A model generated the notes under the pieces. The model made no database searches, had not been told where the DNA came from, and saw only the letters and a list, made by a program, of their open reading frames with translations. DNA of 64,000 nt, from the NCBI GenBank assembly GCA_965603825.1, contig CBFDEM010000039.1:310001-374000 (forward strand), read 5' to 3'. Positions 53,429 through 64,000 of this stretch are shown here, one piece after another. The position numbers and the translations under genes are program-made. How positions within the stretch are numbered: position 1 is the first letter of the stretch; every line of letters begins with the position of its first letter. Source of the stretch: Blepharisma stoltei ATCC 30299. Taxonomy: Eukaryota > Protista > Ciliophora.

Positions 53429-54188
53429 ATAACTATTTTTTTGATTTTATATTAACAAACTTAAAGAATTTGAAGTTTCATTATTTTATGTGCTGATAAT
53501 TTAGAAATAACTTGATTTTATATATTTTATTTCAAGTTCACAAGTTTATTATCATATACGATCATTTCGATTTAACTATTATTAAATTTATAGGGCTTGA
53601 ATGTGATATAAAGGTTTCAAAATGGAAAAAAATACCAAAGCAAGAAGTATCTTTAGCTCCGTAGCTTAGACCTAGTCTTTGAATAATTCATATGAAACTT
53701 TAAAAATATTATAACTAGAATGCAGTACTGAGACAGAGTTATTAAGCTAATTTTTATAAATATCGTAAAAGGATATTATTTTTATATGTAAAAAAGAAAT
53801 TCTTTTTAACGAGTATAACACCAATCAAGAGGCTGAGGAGTATTACTTAACAAAATTGATGAGCTGAAGATCTATATCTTATTATCTGATTGTATAAATC
53901 AATGAACTAACTTATGCTCTAGGTCTGAAAATATTTCTAGCAGTTGAACAGTCGTGAAGAAATAGAAAAAGCCTTGACGATTTCAGAAACTACAGAAATG
54001 GGTTTGAAGCAGGCAGAGGTTGGGTCTCAAAGATTAAAGATGGATAATTCTTTAATGGCATTTTACTAATAGATATTATTGATATTTAAAAAAAATAGAG
54101 CATTATAATAAAAGTTCTAGGAAATTTAGCTAAAGCTTCTTCAATATTTCTTGAGGATATGGACTTTCTCATGATCTCAAGCGCAGAG

Positions 54189-57100
54189 CTAATAATTTTT
54201 GATCCAGTCTAGGGTTTGAGGTGTAATTTTCGATTTAAGTACTCTTGAATTCTTTCCAAAAGTGAATGCGAATCTGAATAACGTTGAAGTATCCTTCCCT
54301 TTCTTTCTGAATAGCAAGCTTGGGAATTTCTTTCTCTGAACAAAAAGTCCCACAGAAGTGATTAAAATCCAACCACATACAATTAATGCTGTGTATGGGA
54401 AATTTGAATTTGTATAGAGTGATCCAAAAGTTGCTAGAAATGCAATTCAGGCAACTCCAATCAAGCTTAATAGTTGCCACCAGTTGAATCTCCCATAGTT
54501 ATAAGCCTTGAATTTCCATATAAAGCATACTTTAAAAATTATTACAGCAGTAAACGCAAACCCATGAGCCAATTTGCTGCCCCTTTTCAAGGTTTTATTC
54601 ATGACTACCAAAATTACTTGAATAATTGTTTTCGTCATGAGATACAATGGAATTGATTTGACATGCAGATTGGATTGCAGTTCTTGCCAAAGAGGCCTGC
54701 AAAACACTGCAAAAGGCTCATAGCAAATTAATGCAAATGATGATAAAACTACATATACTATATGAGTACTTTGCCAACAAAACTGATAGCAATCATTTGC
54801 AAGGTAGCTTTCAGTAAAGTTATTCCCAATTGATTCATCACATACAAAAACATCTAGGAGAGTGGAAACAAATGGAATGAAACATAAATTTCCTAATATC
54901 GGCATTAAATTGTCAGCTAAAAAGCCTGAAAATTTAAAAAATCAGATATTCCCATATTTTTCGTCAAGTTGATATAAAACTTCAAAACAAAGCAAAATTC
55001 AAAGTGCACATAAAGAAATGACTACAGTTAAAAGCCACCAAAAAACCCCATTTTGAAGTTTTACAAAGGTTCCAAGATCCAATGACGTAAGATCTCCAAT
55101 ATCAGCAATAAAAGAGTTTATAGGTCGAATATCAGGACCCATTGCAATAAGCTGGAAAAATTCAATTCCAATGCTAAGACCAACAATAAAATCTTGGATT
55201 GAAATTTCTTGGCGTTTCATCAGCTCATCAACCTTTATATTCCATCATTTTCGTCAAATTATAAAGGTCGCAATTGCAGTTACCAAAGCAACAAAGAAGC
55301 AAATTCCAAAAACTAGAGCTCGGCCTTTTGGAAACACTCTCTTTAATTTGTTATCAAATGGACAATCTGTTCTTGTCACTCTAAAATCTGTAGGCTTATT
55401 AATAGTTCCATCTGAATAAATGATAGGATGAATAATCGTTAATACTGTTGAACTATATGGCCTGAGATAACCTACAGTGTAAACAGTTATCCCTGTCTCA
55501 GGACTATACGAATTTGCTTGTACAGTGATACTGCTTGGCAATCTATCATTACTTCCTTTTTGTATATATACAGTCCCGGTGCATCCGATGAACTTGATAT
55601 CTCTTATCGATTTTTGGAGGATTACAGGATCGCTATAATCAGCTCCTTTGCTAATCGTTCATTCCAGAGCATTTCCAATCAAATAAGCTGCATCATAATA
55701 AGGACAAGAATATGGCCCCGGCTCAGTCTTATTATATTCTGTATAAAGCTCATCATAAATTTGCTTTCCCTTATTACCTACAAAATTTGTAGGGAGTGCA
55801 ATCATCAATGGAATCCCAATTTCAAGCCTTTTATATCTGTAGTCATCATCATTTGCAATTGAATTTATTTGATCTGAATAGAAGGAAAATATAAAAATAT
55901 CTCCTTTCCTTATTCCTAAATCATAAAATAGTTCAAGAGCATAGTTGCATAGAGGAGCATTTAAGACCAAAAATACGAATCTGACATGCAGGTCTATGAC
56001 CTCTTGAAACGGTTTCGTTCAATTTCGAAGCTGTTCTCGATTCGTGGAGGCTGGAATTACCCTTTGGCTATTAAGGATTTTTATGTTCTGTTTTGCAGCT
56101 GTTTGTGAGACATAATGATTCACTGATATCCCATTACTGATGTTTTGATATATTATTGCCATGCTATTTCAGCCCATAGCTTTTAATAGCAATGGGATTT
56201 GGGCATAATATCCATAGTTAGACAAGCTAACTCTTGAATAAAATGGAAAAAAAGTCGAATTGCTTAATACAGTATCAGTATTTGTCGCACTAACCATAGG
56301 AATAGTAACATTCAGTTTCTTAAATGTTTCGATTTCTCCTAAAGCCATCCCTGAAGTGAGTCCACCAACATGGGCTAAACCCAATTTGCTTATATCTTTT
56401 CCAAAGCAAGCTAGACAAAAAGCAGGGTTATAGATGCCAACTCCACAATCGAAATCATTGAGTTTTAAATAAAAATTTTGCAATATATCTCCAATAGTAT
56501 TCACATTTTTTACAGCTAATGTGATACCTCTAGCATTAATGGGGCAAGATGGTTGCGGATTTCCTCCAGGATCGGTCGGGCCATTACTTGCACTAAAATA
56601 CAATATTTTTTTTGATGATTTAGGAATTTCAGTAGAATTGCCTGGAAATATAATTGATGCATTTAGTATTAATTTGCTGCTTTTTATTGAGCCGACGATT
56701 TTTCTTTGTCCTTTATGAATATTTATAAGTGAAAACTCAGTTACACAATAGGAATTTAGGCATGCTTTTGAAATTAATTTTAGTGCGTCCTCTGAGCTTG
56801 AGATATTGCCCAAAATTTTTATCATTTCTGAAAATGTCGCCAATAAATAATTTGATTTTGAGTTTATATGCTCTTTTCCCTTATCCACAATTGCGAGAGA
56901 GCCTTCGAGATTTGAATCATAGCTGCTATCTTGGATCAGCAAGATCCCTGCTCCAGCTACCAATAGCTTTGAAGTAATTAAACTTTTCTGGAATTCAATT
57001 GAGATCTCCTTATCGAGAAATAAGTAAAATAAAGATGAACCCAAACCCATTATTTTTCTTTCAACTAAATCTTCAACTTGCGTATGTGATTCAGCAGTAA

Positions 57101-57599
57101 ATATATTTATCCTTGAAAAATATTTCGAATCCATAGATAAGCTTGAATGCTTTTCTACATCACTAATTGCTACCCCATCAGTTCAATTAAAGTAAGACAA
57201 AACTGTAATGAATGCTTCATTTAAATCTTTTTGAGAACTTGACAGTAAAAATGTTCATTTATTTTGGCAGGGCAGCCTGTCAGAAACCAAAAAATGGGCA
57301 AGAGAATTGGCTTCCGAAATCTTACAGATCTCGAATTGATAACTTATACTATTCGTAATGTCAAAAAGTGCACTTAAACTCGAGTGCTGAGAAAGCTCAT
57401 AATCTAAAAAAAAAATATCACAATAAAAAATATCGATCATATCTTTATAAGATGATCTTATATCAGCCATAAAGCCGGGTAGAGCACTTTTTGTAAAGTT
57501 TGAGTATACTATTAAAATTTCAGAGGATCCAGATATCGCAAAAATGACCAAAAATTGGAAGATTTTAAAAATTGGCTGAGCGAAGAAGATAGCTGGCAT
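54189..57599 (-). CDS. Periplasmic-binding-fold (Venus flytrap / ANF-receptor-like) ectodomain plus multi-pass TM protein (~1,136 aa)
   Basis: One frame with TGA=Trp. Motifs LAVKNVN..ILQNFYLKL, IPMVSATNTDTVLSNSTFFPFYSRV, LLKAMGW and YYDAAYLIGNAL, followed by about 9 hydrophobic segments. Confidence 0.8.
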
Positions 57600-58057
57600 T
57601 TTATTAATAATGAACTGTTCAAAATATGACAATGTTTAGATATTTTATTTAAAATTTCTTATTATATATCGAGGTTAAAATATAAAAATAACAGCATACC
57701 TAAAAATTAATCCCATAATTATAAAATAATATAATTTTTTTACTAAAAAGTTACAGATAAATTACAGATTGAATTTGCAAATAAATGTTAAAAATAGGAA
57801 GATCAAATATTGATAATAATGAAATTATTGAAGCAGTGATCCTGCTTGGCTACAAAATAAATTATTTATATTCAAGTATTTTGCATTTCTTACGCAATTG
57901 CAATTTTATATACAAACTGCATCTTATAATTAATTGCAATTATTTTACAGCAAAAGTTTATGTTAAATTACAGCAATATAAAATATCAATAAACTTATTT
58001 AACGCCTAATTAAATCGACTTTTATGATCTAAAAAGCTTTTCCCTATAATTTATTAA

Positions 58058-58654
58058 ATGGAAGAGCTTCCCACATTAAAAATACTGACATTAGGAGATG
58101 CAAGTGTAGGCAAAACTTCAATTTTGCTACGTTTTTCAGACGACGAATTCCCCAAAACTACAATGCCTACAATTGGGATAGAATACAAAACAAAATACAC
58201 TGAAATTTCAGGCAGAGCATTAAAATTGCAAGTGTGGGATACTGCTGGACAAGAAAGATACCACCGAACTCTTGCCAGCACCTTTTATAGAAGAGCTAAT
58301 GGAATTGTTTTGGTATTTGACTTGACGGATAAGACTTCTTTAGAACATGTGGAAAGCTGGATGAAACAAATTCGTGCAAAAGCAGACCCTAAAGTTGCAA
58401 TTATTCTCGTGGGGAATAAAATGGACCTGATAGATCAAAACGATTTTCCTGAAGGCAAGGCCCTTGCAGACTCATATGGGATTCCTTTTATCATGGTCAG
58501 CGCTAAAAGTGGTAAAAATGTCGTAGAGGCTTTTAATACCCTTTCAGAAATGATTATTCTGCGCGACCCGACAGCTCTTCAAGACAACGTAGCAGCCACA
58601 GAAACTTTAAGCCAGAGACATAAACCTCCACCCAGCAATCAATGCTGTAGTTAA
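58058..58654 (+). CDS. Rab-family small GTPase (Rab1/8-like clade uncertain), 198 aa
   Basis: Motifs GDASVGKT, TIGIEY, WDTAGQE, NKMD and SAK, with C-terminal CCS. Confidence 0.95.
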   Translation: MEELPTLKILTLGDASVGKTSILLRFSDDEFPKTTMPTIGIEYKTKYTEISGRALKLQVWDTAGQERYHRTLASTFYRRANGIVLVFDLTDKTSLEHVESWMKQIRAKADPKVAIILVGNKMDLIDQNDFPEGKALADSYGIPFIMVSAKSGKNVVEAFNTLSEMIILRDPTALQDNVAATETLSQRHKPPPSNQCCS

Positions 58655-58687
58655 ATTAAGCTTAATCTTCATAAATGTGTTAATTAT

Positions 58688-59317
58688 TTATATTAATAGA
58701 AATGCCAATGTTAATACAGCAAATATCAAGTACAAAACACCTGCTGCAATTTTTACGATTTTTTCAGGAATGTGCTTCCCAATCACTTTGCCTAGGATTA
58801 CTGCTAAAAATCCGATGACTGCAAATCCCATAATTGCTCCAATAGCGACAAAGACAGGATTTGAAAGTGCTGCAAGGGCCATGATGCTTGTGTTTGATTT
58901 GTCGCCCCATTCAGCAAAAAATACCATTGCTGCAGTTTTCCAAAAGGTTTTAAACCATGTTGGGTATGATATCAGAGGTTCATGATTAGCTCCTTCAATT
59001 TTTTCGCTTTCTCCTGCATATGCTTCATAAAATGATAAAATTGCATAAACCAAAAACATCACGCTTGAAGCAATTGCAATCCAGAAAGGATCAATCAAAT
59101 AAATCACAGCTCCTCCGATAAAGGCAGCAACTGCAGCAATAAATGTCATAGCTAGTTGATTTCCTAAGAAAATCGCAGATCTTGAGTATGTCATAGCTAA
59201 AACCGCAATAATAAAAAATGTTCTGTCGCCTATTTCAGCTATAAAGATTGTTAATAGAGAACTTCCTATGGTTTCTAGTGGAGAACCGTTAGAGATGATT
59301 GCTTTTGTGTCGGCCAT
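58688..59317 (-). CDS. GDT1: GDT1/TMEM165 (UPF0016) Ca2+/Mn2+ transporter, 209 aa
   Basis: Two E-x-G-D-[KR]-[ST] motifs (EIGDRT, EWGDKS) within about 6 TM helices. Confidence 0.93.
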   Translation of the reverse strand: MADTKAIISNGSPLETIGSSLLTIFIAEIGDRTFFIIAVLAMTYSRSAIFLGNQLAMTFIAAVAAFIGGAVIYLIDPFWIAIASSVMFLVYAILSFYEAYAGESEKIEGANHEPLISYPTWFKTFWKTAAMVFFAEWGDKSNTSIMALAALSNPVFVAIGAIMGFAVIGFLAVILGKVIGKHIPEKIVKIAAGVLYLIFAVLTLAFLLI

Positions 59318-59844
59318 TTAATATTTGTAATAGATGCTGGTGCATTTTTATAAAGCATCGTTACTGGACTATTCGCTGATCCATTTTAAAATAGCTTCAA
59401 ACTTAATTTTGCTTAAGCTTAAAATGTAATAATTTTCATAAAATTGAGTTGTTATTTAAGGCAATTTCAATAGAACATTAAAAGAAGAGCAAGATTTTGT
59501 AGATTCAGTGAAATTAAAGGAGTTTATGAAATCAAGACCAAAAAGACCAACCCTTTATAAAGCATGAGCATAAGAACTTCATGCTATCCCACGACTATTG
59601 ATAAGTTATGCCATACTTTAGACGCTGTAGAATATTCTGTTTTTGCGATGCTTTAATTATGAAAAGGAAATCATATAAAACATATTAGATCAAAATAAAA
59701 GAAACTTTATGCATTTTATGAATAAATCTCCTAAGAAGCTCATTAAAATCATAATTTTAAGCTAAGAAATGATTAGAATTATAAAATTATTCAGATTTAT
59801 GACCTTTGATCTAAAAATTAATATAACCCATATGCACTTATAAA

Positions 59845-60375
59845 ATGGGACACGAACTCGAATATCCTTGGTCACTTTATGTGACAAGAAGCAAGAAAAA
59901 AACCAGCCAACAAATAACTCTTCAAGCATGGGAAGAGCGTTTAAAGAAAATAGGGACATTTAAAGAAGCTGAAGAGTTTTGGCAAGTTTACAATAACATC
60001 AAAGTCCCTACAGACATTTATGGGAGAGGAGACTATTACCTGTTTAAAGGTGACGTTTTACCTGAATGGGAGCATCCAGCAAACGCCAATGGAGGAGCAT
60101 GAATTCTGAGAACAGAATACATGGAAAAAATCAATGAGCAATGGCTGAATACACAACTTGGATTAATTGGATGCTTTTTTCTTGAGCTGATGCCACATAT
60201 TTGTGGAACCGAAATGTGCGTTCGCATGAAACGGTTCAGAATTTGTCTATGGATAGACACAATTGAAGAGAATATTGCAATGGAGATTGGCAGGAAGTTT
60301 AAAGAGCTAATCGGACAAGAAACAGGGCTAGAGTTCAAAAAACATTTTGATGAGAAAATTCTTTACACGCTATAG
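59845..60375 (+). CDS. EIF4E: Translation initiation factor eIF4E family, 176 aa
   Basis: Motifs HELEYPWSLY, EEFWQVYNNI, DYYLFK..VLPEWEHPANANGGAW (the last W is TGA at 60100-60102) and RICLW. Confidence 0.93.
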
Positions 60376-60716
60376 ATTAAGAAATATTTCAGTAGTCAAT
60401 TAGAGATTGAAGTTAACTTTCTTTATTAATTAATAATTGAATTATTTAAGTATAATACATACTCTGCATGATATAGTATTCAGTAAACCTTGTAATCATC
60501 AGTGAAATGCTCCAAGCACATTCGAATCTTTCTAAAGTATGATATAAAAATCCAGTAACTTAACAGGAAATGTCCATTATTATCAAAATTCATTAGTATT
60601 GTCCATTTTCGTCATATCATTACTCCACGTAATCAGTAATAAATCCATTATATGATCATTTATTCGCCTGCCAAAAGTTGAATTATTTTTGAAAAATGGT
60701 GAAATTTATAAAAATA

Positions 60717-61166
60717 ATGGGAAGTTCAACATCTGTCTCTGCTCAATCTGGAGTCCATGAAAAGCAGAAATATGACCTAAAACTTCCATATGAAAATGAC
60801 TTTATTATCCAAATTCAATTGCCAAACAAAGGAAACTGCTATGAGTATAAGTATCCAGCATTCAAGGACAAAATATCATTCACCACGCTGATGAATTTAT
60901 TATGCTTTGAAACTGAGTTTGATGAAGAGTTAGATTCAAATTTCATATCCAGATATAATAAATCAAAGGACAGGTTCGAGTATTTCGTGCAGAAACTTAT
61001 GGGAATTGAAATTGAAAATGAGACTTCTCCATATAAAGGACAAATGTGGGTCGTCTATATAAATAATTCCCAATGGGATTGGGATGAAGTTTGTGAGAAA
61101 GACCTCAATATCTCTGTTAAAGACAAAATCATTTGGAAGTATCAAAAAAGCTTAAAAAATAATTAA
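60717..61166 (+). CDS. Small protein with likely N-myristoylation (MGSSTS) and a DUF4430/transcobalamin-C-like beta-grasp domain
   Basis: Pattern YFVQKLMGIE...WVVYINN...LNISVKDKIIWKY. An upstream ATG at 60696 is also possible. Confidence 0.6.
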   Translation: MGSSTSVSAQSGVHEKQKYDLKLPYENDFIIQIQLPNKGNCYEYKYPAFKDKISFTTLMNLLCFETEFDEELDSNFISRYNKSKDRFEYFVQKLMGIEIENETSPYKGQMWVVYINNSQWDWDEVCEKDLNISVKDKIIWKYQKSLKNN

Positions 61167-61634
61167 TGAAACCAATTTTGTTCTATTAAAACGTGTGGTA
61201 TTCTTATCAAAATTTAAATAATAATTTTAATTCATAAGCAAGTTTTGAAATTTTATAATTAGTACCGAGCAGTTACAATAGAAGAATTCTCGAAGACTTT
61301 GTAAAAGGACAGATTATATTTCTATTTTAATAATTTAAATATAATTATCAATTATAAAGAAACTTAAATTAATTGTAAACATAAATATAAATCGAATTTA
61401 AAAGACACTCATCTTAAAGATTATTTTTATAAAATAAACCATCTAATATGGAAATTCATTTTTAATTCACGAAATTTTGATATTTGATAGCAATTTTTTA
61501 GCATGCGAATTTAGATATGCGAGCAGGCAGAAACTGGTAAAAACAAAATGAAAAAATAGATACAACAAAAAACTAATACTTATTAGACAAAATTTTCGAA
61601 ATATAATGATATCATTAGTATGTTATAAATTTAC

Positions 61635-62225
61635 TTAGCATGAGCAGCGCTGCACCTTTTTAGGTGGCTGCAGTGCAAGTCCTTTGGATAGATCACCTAT
61701 TTTAAAATTAGTATTCAAAAGTGGCACAATTTGAAAAATCAATGTATACAGTTCCTTCACATTTTCCCCTGTTTTCGCACTCGTTTCAATGTAGAGAGCT
61801 TCCATTTCTGAAGCTCTAGTCATTCCTTCTTCTTGGTTAACGATTCTATCCAGATCGATTTTATTCGCAACAATTATGATGATAACAGAATTTCCTGCTT
61901 CTTTTCTTACTAATCCTATTCAAGATTGCAGATTTTCAAAACTTTCTCTATTAGTAACATCATAAACTACAATAGCTATAGTACTGTCACGGATGTAGCC
62001 ATGAATCAAAGATTTGTATTTTTCTTGCCCAGCTGTGTCCCAGAAATGCAACTTAAGAAGTTGTTCATCTTTGTATAAAGTCCTTGATAAAAAATCAATC
62101 CCAATCGTCGCTGTGTATGCAGGGTCAAATATATTGTACATATACCGACAGATTAAGGAAGTCTTTCCTACATTTACATCTCCCAAGAAGATTACTTTAT
62201 ATTGTACATATGGGATGCCTTTCAT
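61635..62225 (-). CDS. RAB6: Rab6-like GTPase, 196 aa
   Basis: Motifs GDVNVGKT, YTATIGIDFLS, YIRDSTIAIVVYDVT, NKID and ETSAK, with C-terminal CSC. The two ORFs are joined by TGA=Trp at 61920-61922. Confidence 0.9.
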
Positions 62226-63137
62226 TTTATAATTCCATTAAAAAATTGCAATTGAGAAACCAAGAATACATGAGCTGGCCTAATACGTAGAAAATATAAT
62301 AATTGAAGTTACGGATTTAGGAATATTTTTATATTTAGATTAATTTGTTTTTGACAATAATAATGGTAATTATATAACTGATTATTGTAAGAAAAAGAAA
62401 GATATCTAATTTTTTCTTAATTTTTGGTTTCAAAAATTTTTTAATACATTTCACTAATTTTTTTCAGGCGTTAATTTTAGATAGCACTGAAAAATGTATA
62501 AAATAAAGTATTTGTTTTATTAGTGCTTTAGAGCTGACTTCAAAATCAATTCAATAAAATGATTTCCATTTATAATAATTTTTTGGTAAAATATGCTCAA
62601 TCCAAAAGGGATAAACTAACCTTACATGATGATTGAATAGTTGCCTGAATTGATGAGGTCAATTATATTCTGAATTTTCATGCTTGCATAAAGACTCCTA
62701 GCAAAGAGCTAAATAAGACTGCAACAAAGAGTCCTTTAATATAATATTTGGATCAAATTCACTTATTTTGATCCAAATTTTCAGCTAACTTTCCTTATGA
62801 CTAAAAATCCCTAAACCAGGCAAAGGCATTGCTTAAAAGTCCTTCATTATGCTGGCTTAGTCAAAGGATATGCAAATCACAAGAGAACAGTCGCAAGGTT
62901 AATTCTTCACCATGATCTATTCATCGCTTAAGCCCTTCATTTCTAGCTATAAAACCCTTATAGAAGCTAATCTTGACACTTATTCTTAGTGCAGACACTT
63001 TTCATCCTTCCCAATATCATCATTTCTTTCTTTTTTCCCTTTCAGTTTCTTTTCCTCTCTCAGTGTTTGCTCATCCTTACCTTCTCTCTTGTCCTTGCAT
63101 GCACTATAGACATTAATATGCATTAAACTATCTAAAA

Positions 63138-63929
63138 TTAACCTAGATGAGTAGGCTGATATAAATATGCAGGGGCTGCTGAGTCTCCTTTCTTTAATTG
63201 CACTTTTAAACGTTTACCAAGGACTTGGAACCCATTAAGTGCCCTTACAGCGTTCGAGGCACTTGTGGGGTTATCATAAGTGAGAAAACCAAAGCCACGA
63301 CTTCTCCCTGAGTCTTTTTCTGTCATGATTCTCGCACTTACTATTTTCCCAAACGGAGCAAAATGTGCAACGAGCTCAGTTTCTGTTCATTCGTTTGGGA
63401 GATGGAACAGGAATAAATTGCAGCCAGACTTCGTCTGAGCCATTTGATGAGAATTCGTTTGGGCTGGAGAGGAAACTTGAATCTGGTCAACTGGAATTAC
63501 AAGGGCATTTTCAGGCTTTTCCCACTGGGTTTCGCCAGTTTGAGAGTTTCAGTAATAAGGGCGGCCGTCTGAAGAAGTGTACTCAACAAATGTGGACACG
63601 AACTGAGCAGGGGCTTGCTTGTAATCGGCAAGTCGTTCTTCTTCGCCATCAGCCCATCGAAGAGTTATATTTTTCTATATAGAGCTGACTGGAAATTACC
63701 TTACAGTTGTCCCTCCAAGATCACGAATGCATTTTTCAGCTTGAGACTTTTTGGCAAATCTTACATAAGCGCATCCGAGGCCTGAATGAAAATTACTTTT
63801 TCCTTGTTCTTTGAAGGCTGATGTGTCAAGAATAGTTCCGTAAGATTCGAAATATTCTCTTATTTTGGTCTCGTCCCATTCTTTGGGGAGCTTAGAAACA
63901 AAAAGCTTCAAGTCAGGTTCAGAGGACAT
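63138..63929 (-). CDS. CELF/Bruno/FCA-like RNA-binding protein, RRM-WW-RRM (253 aa if 63675-63704 is removed)
   Basis: Exon 1 RRM (KLFVSKLP, GCAYVRF). The downstream in-frame part reads ITLRWADGEEERL, then a WW domain (FVEYTSSDGRPYYWNSQTGETQWEKP), then a CELF RRM3-like GCNLFLFHLP...NGFQVLGKRLKVQLK. Confidence 0.9.
63675..63704 (-). other. 30-nt intervening sequence, apparently two nested 15-nt introns
   Basis: GTAAG[GTAATTTCCAGTCAG]CTCTATATAG. It contains in-frame TAA and TAG, and only removal of all 30 nt gives a stop-free frame. Confidence 0.7.
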
Positions 63930-64000
63930 TTATTTTTATGCTTTTTAAGAGAACGTCATACTTCCCAAGATATAAATTCATTATAAACATTTTAGAGAGA

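Noticed and set aside
53850-53895. TGATGA...CTGA pair resembling C/D snoRNA boxes, with similar hints near 60480-60505
   Set aside because: The spacing is too short, there is no recognisable rRNA guide, and such pairs are expected by chance in AT-rich DNA.
63689-63704. 16-nt GT-AG candidate GTAAGGTAATTTCCAG
   Set aside because: It lacks the branch A at -6, and its removal shifts the frame into an immediate TAA.
1-64000. tRNA, rRNA, telomeric repeats, CRISPR arrays or transposase ORFs
   Set aside because: None recognised by eye. tRNAscan-SE and Infernal would be needed to exclude small RNAs.

Overview
This is AT-rich, gene-dense eukaryotic DNA in which TGA encodes Trp and TAA/TAG are stops, and which has 15-16 nt spliceosomal introns. 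That combination points to a Blepharisma-like heterotrich ciliate, probably macronuclear sequence. The standard-code ORF track therefore fragments most genes. The left half (1.4-35.7 kb) is a tandem array of ~2,400-aa receptor-like proteins (signal peptide, LNR/Notch-like repeats, GGA[ILV]/FxxN beta-helix, Cys-rich region, multi-pass TM module). It holds three intact genes and three pseudogene copies, interrupted by a 5.2-kb block containing a SEN1/UPF1-like helicase pseudogene. The right half holds a GTSF1-like CHHC protein, a possible Sld3/Treslin-like protein, three Kelch genes, a MORN protein, a 2,159-aa surface protein, a histone H1-like protein, a TM RING-H2 ligase, a Venus-flytrap multi-TM receptor, two Rabs, GDT1, eIF4E, a DUF4430-like protein and a CELF-like RRM-WW-RRM protein. 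The best leads are (1) a candidate nested 15-nt-inside-15-nt twin intron in the CELF-like gene, (2) a 53-bp TA-bounded palindromic IES/MITE-like insertion with two empty paralogous sites in the same window, (3) a GTSF1-like gene missed by the ORF track, and (4) one membrane module shared by two unrelated ectodomain types.
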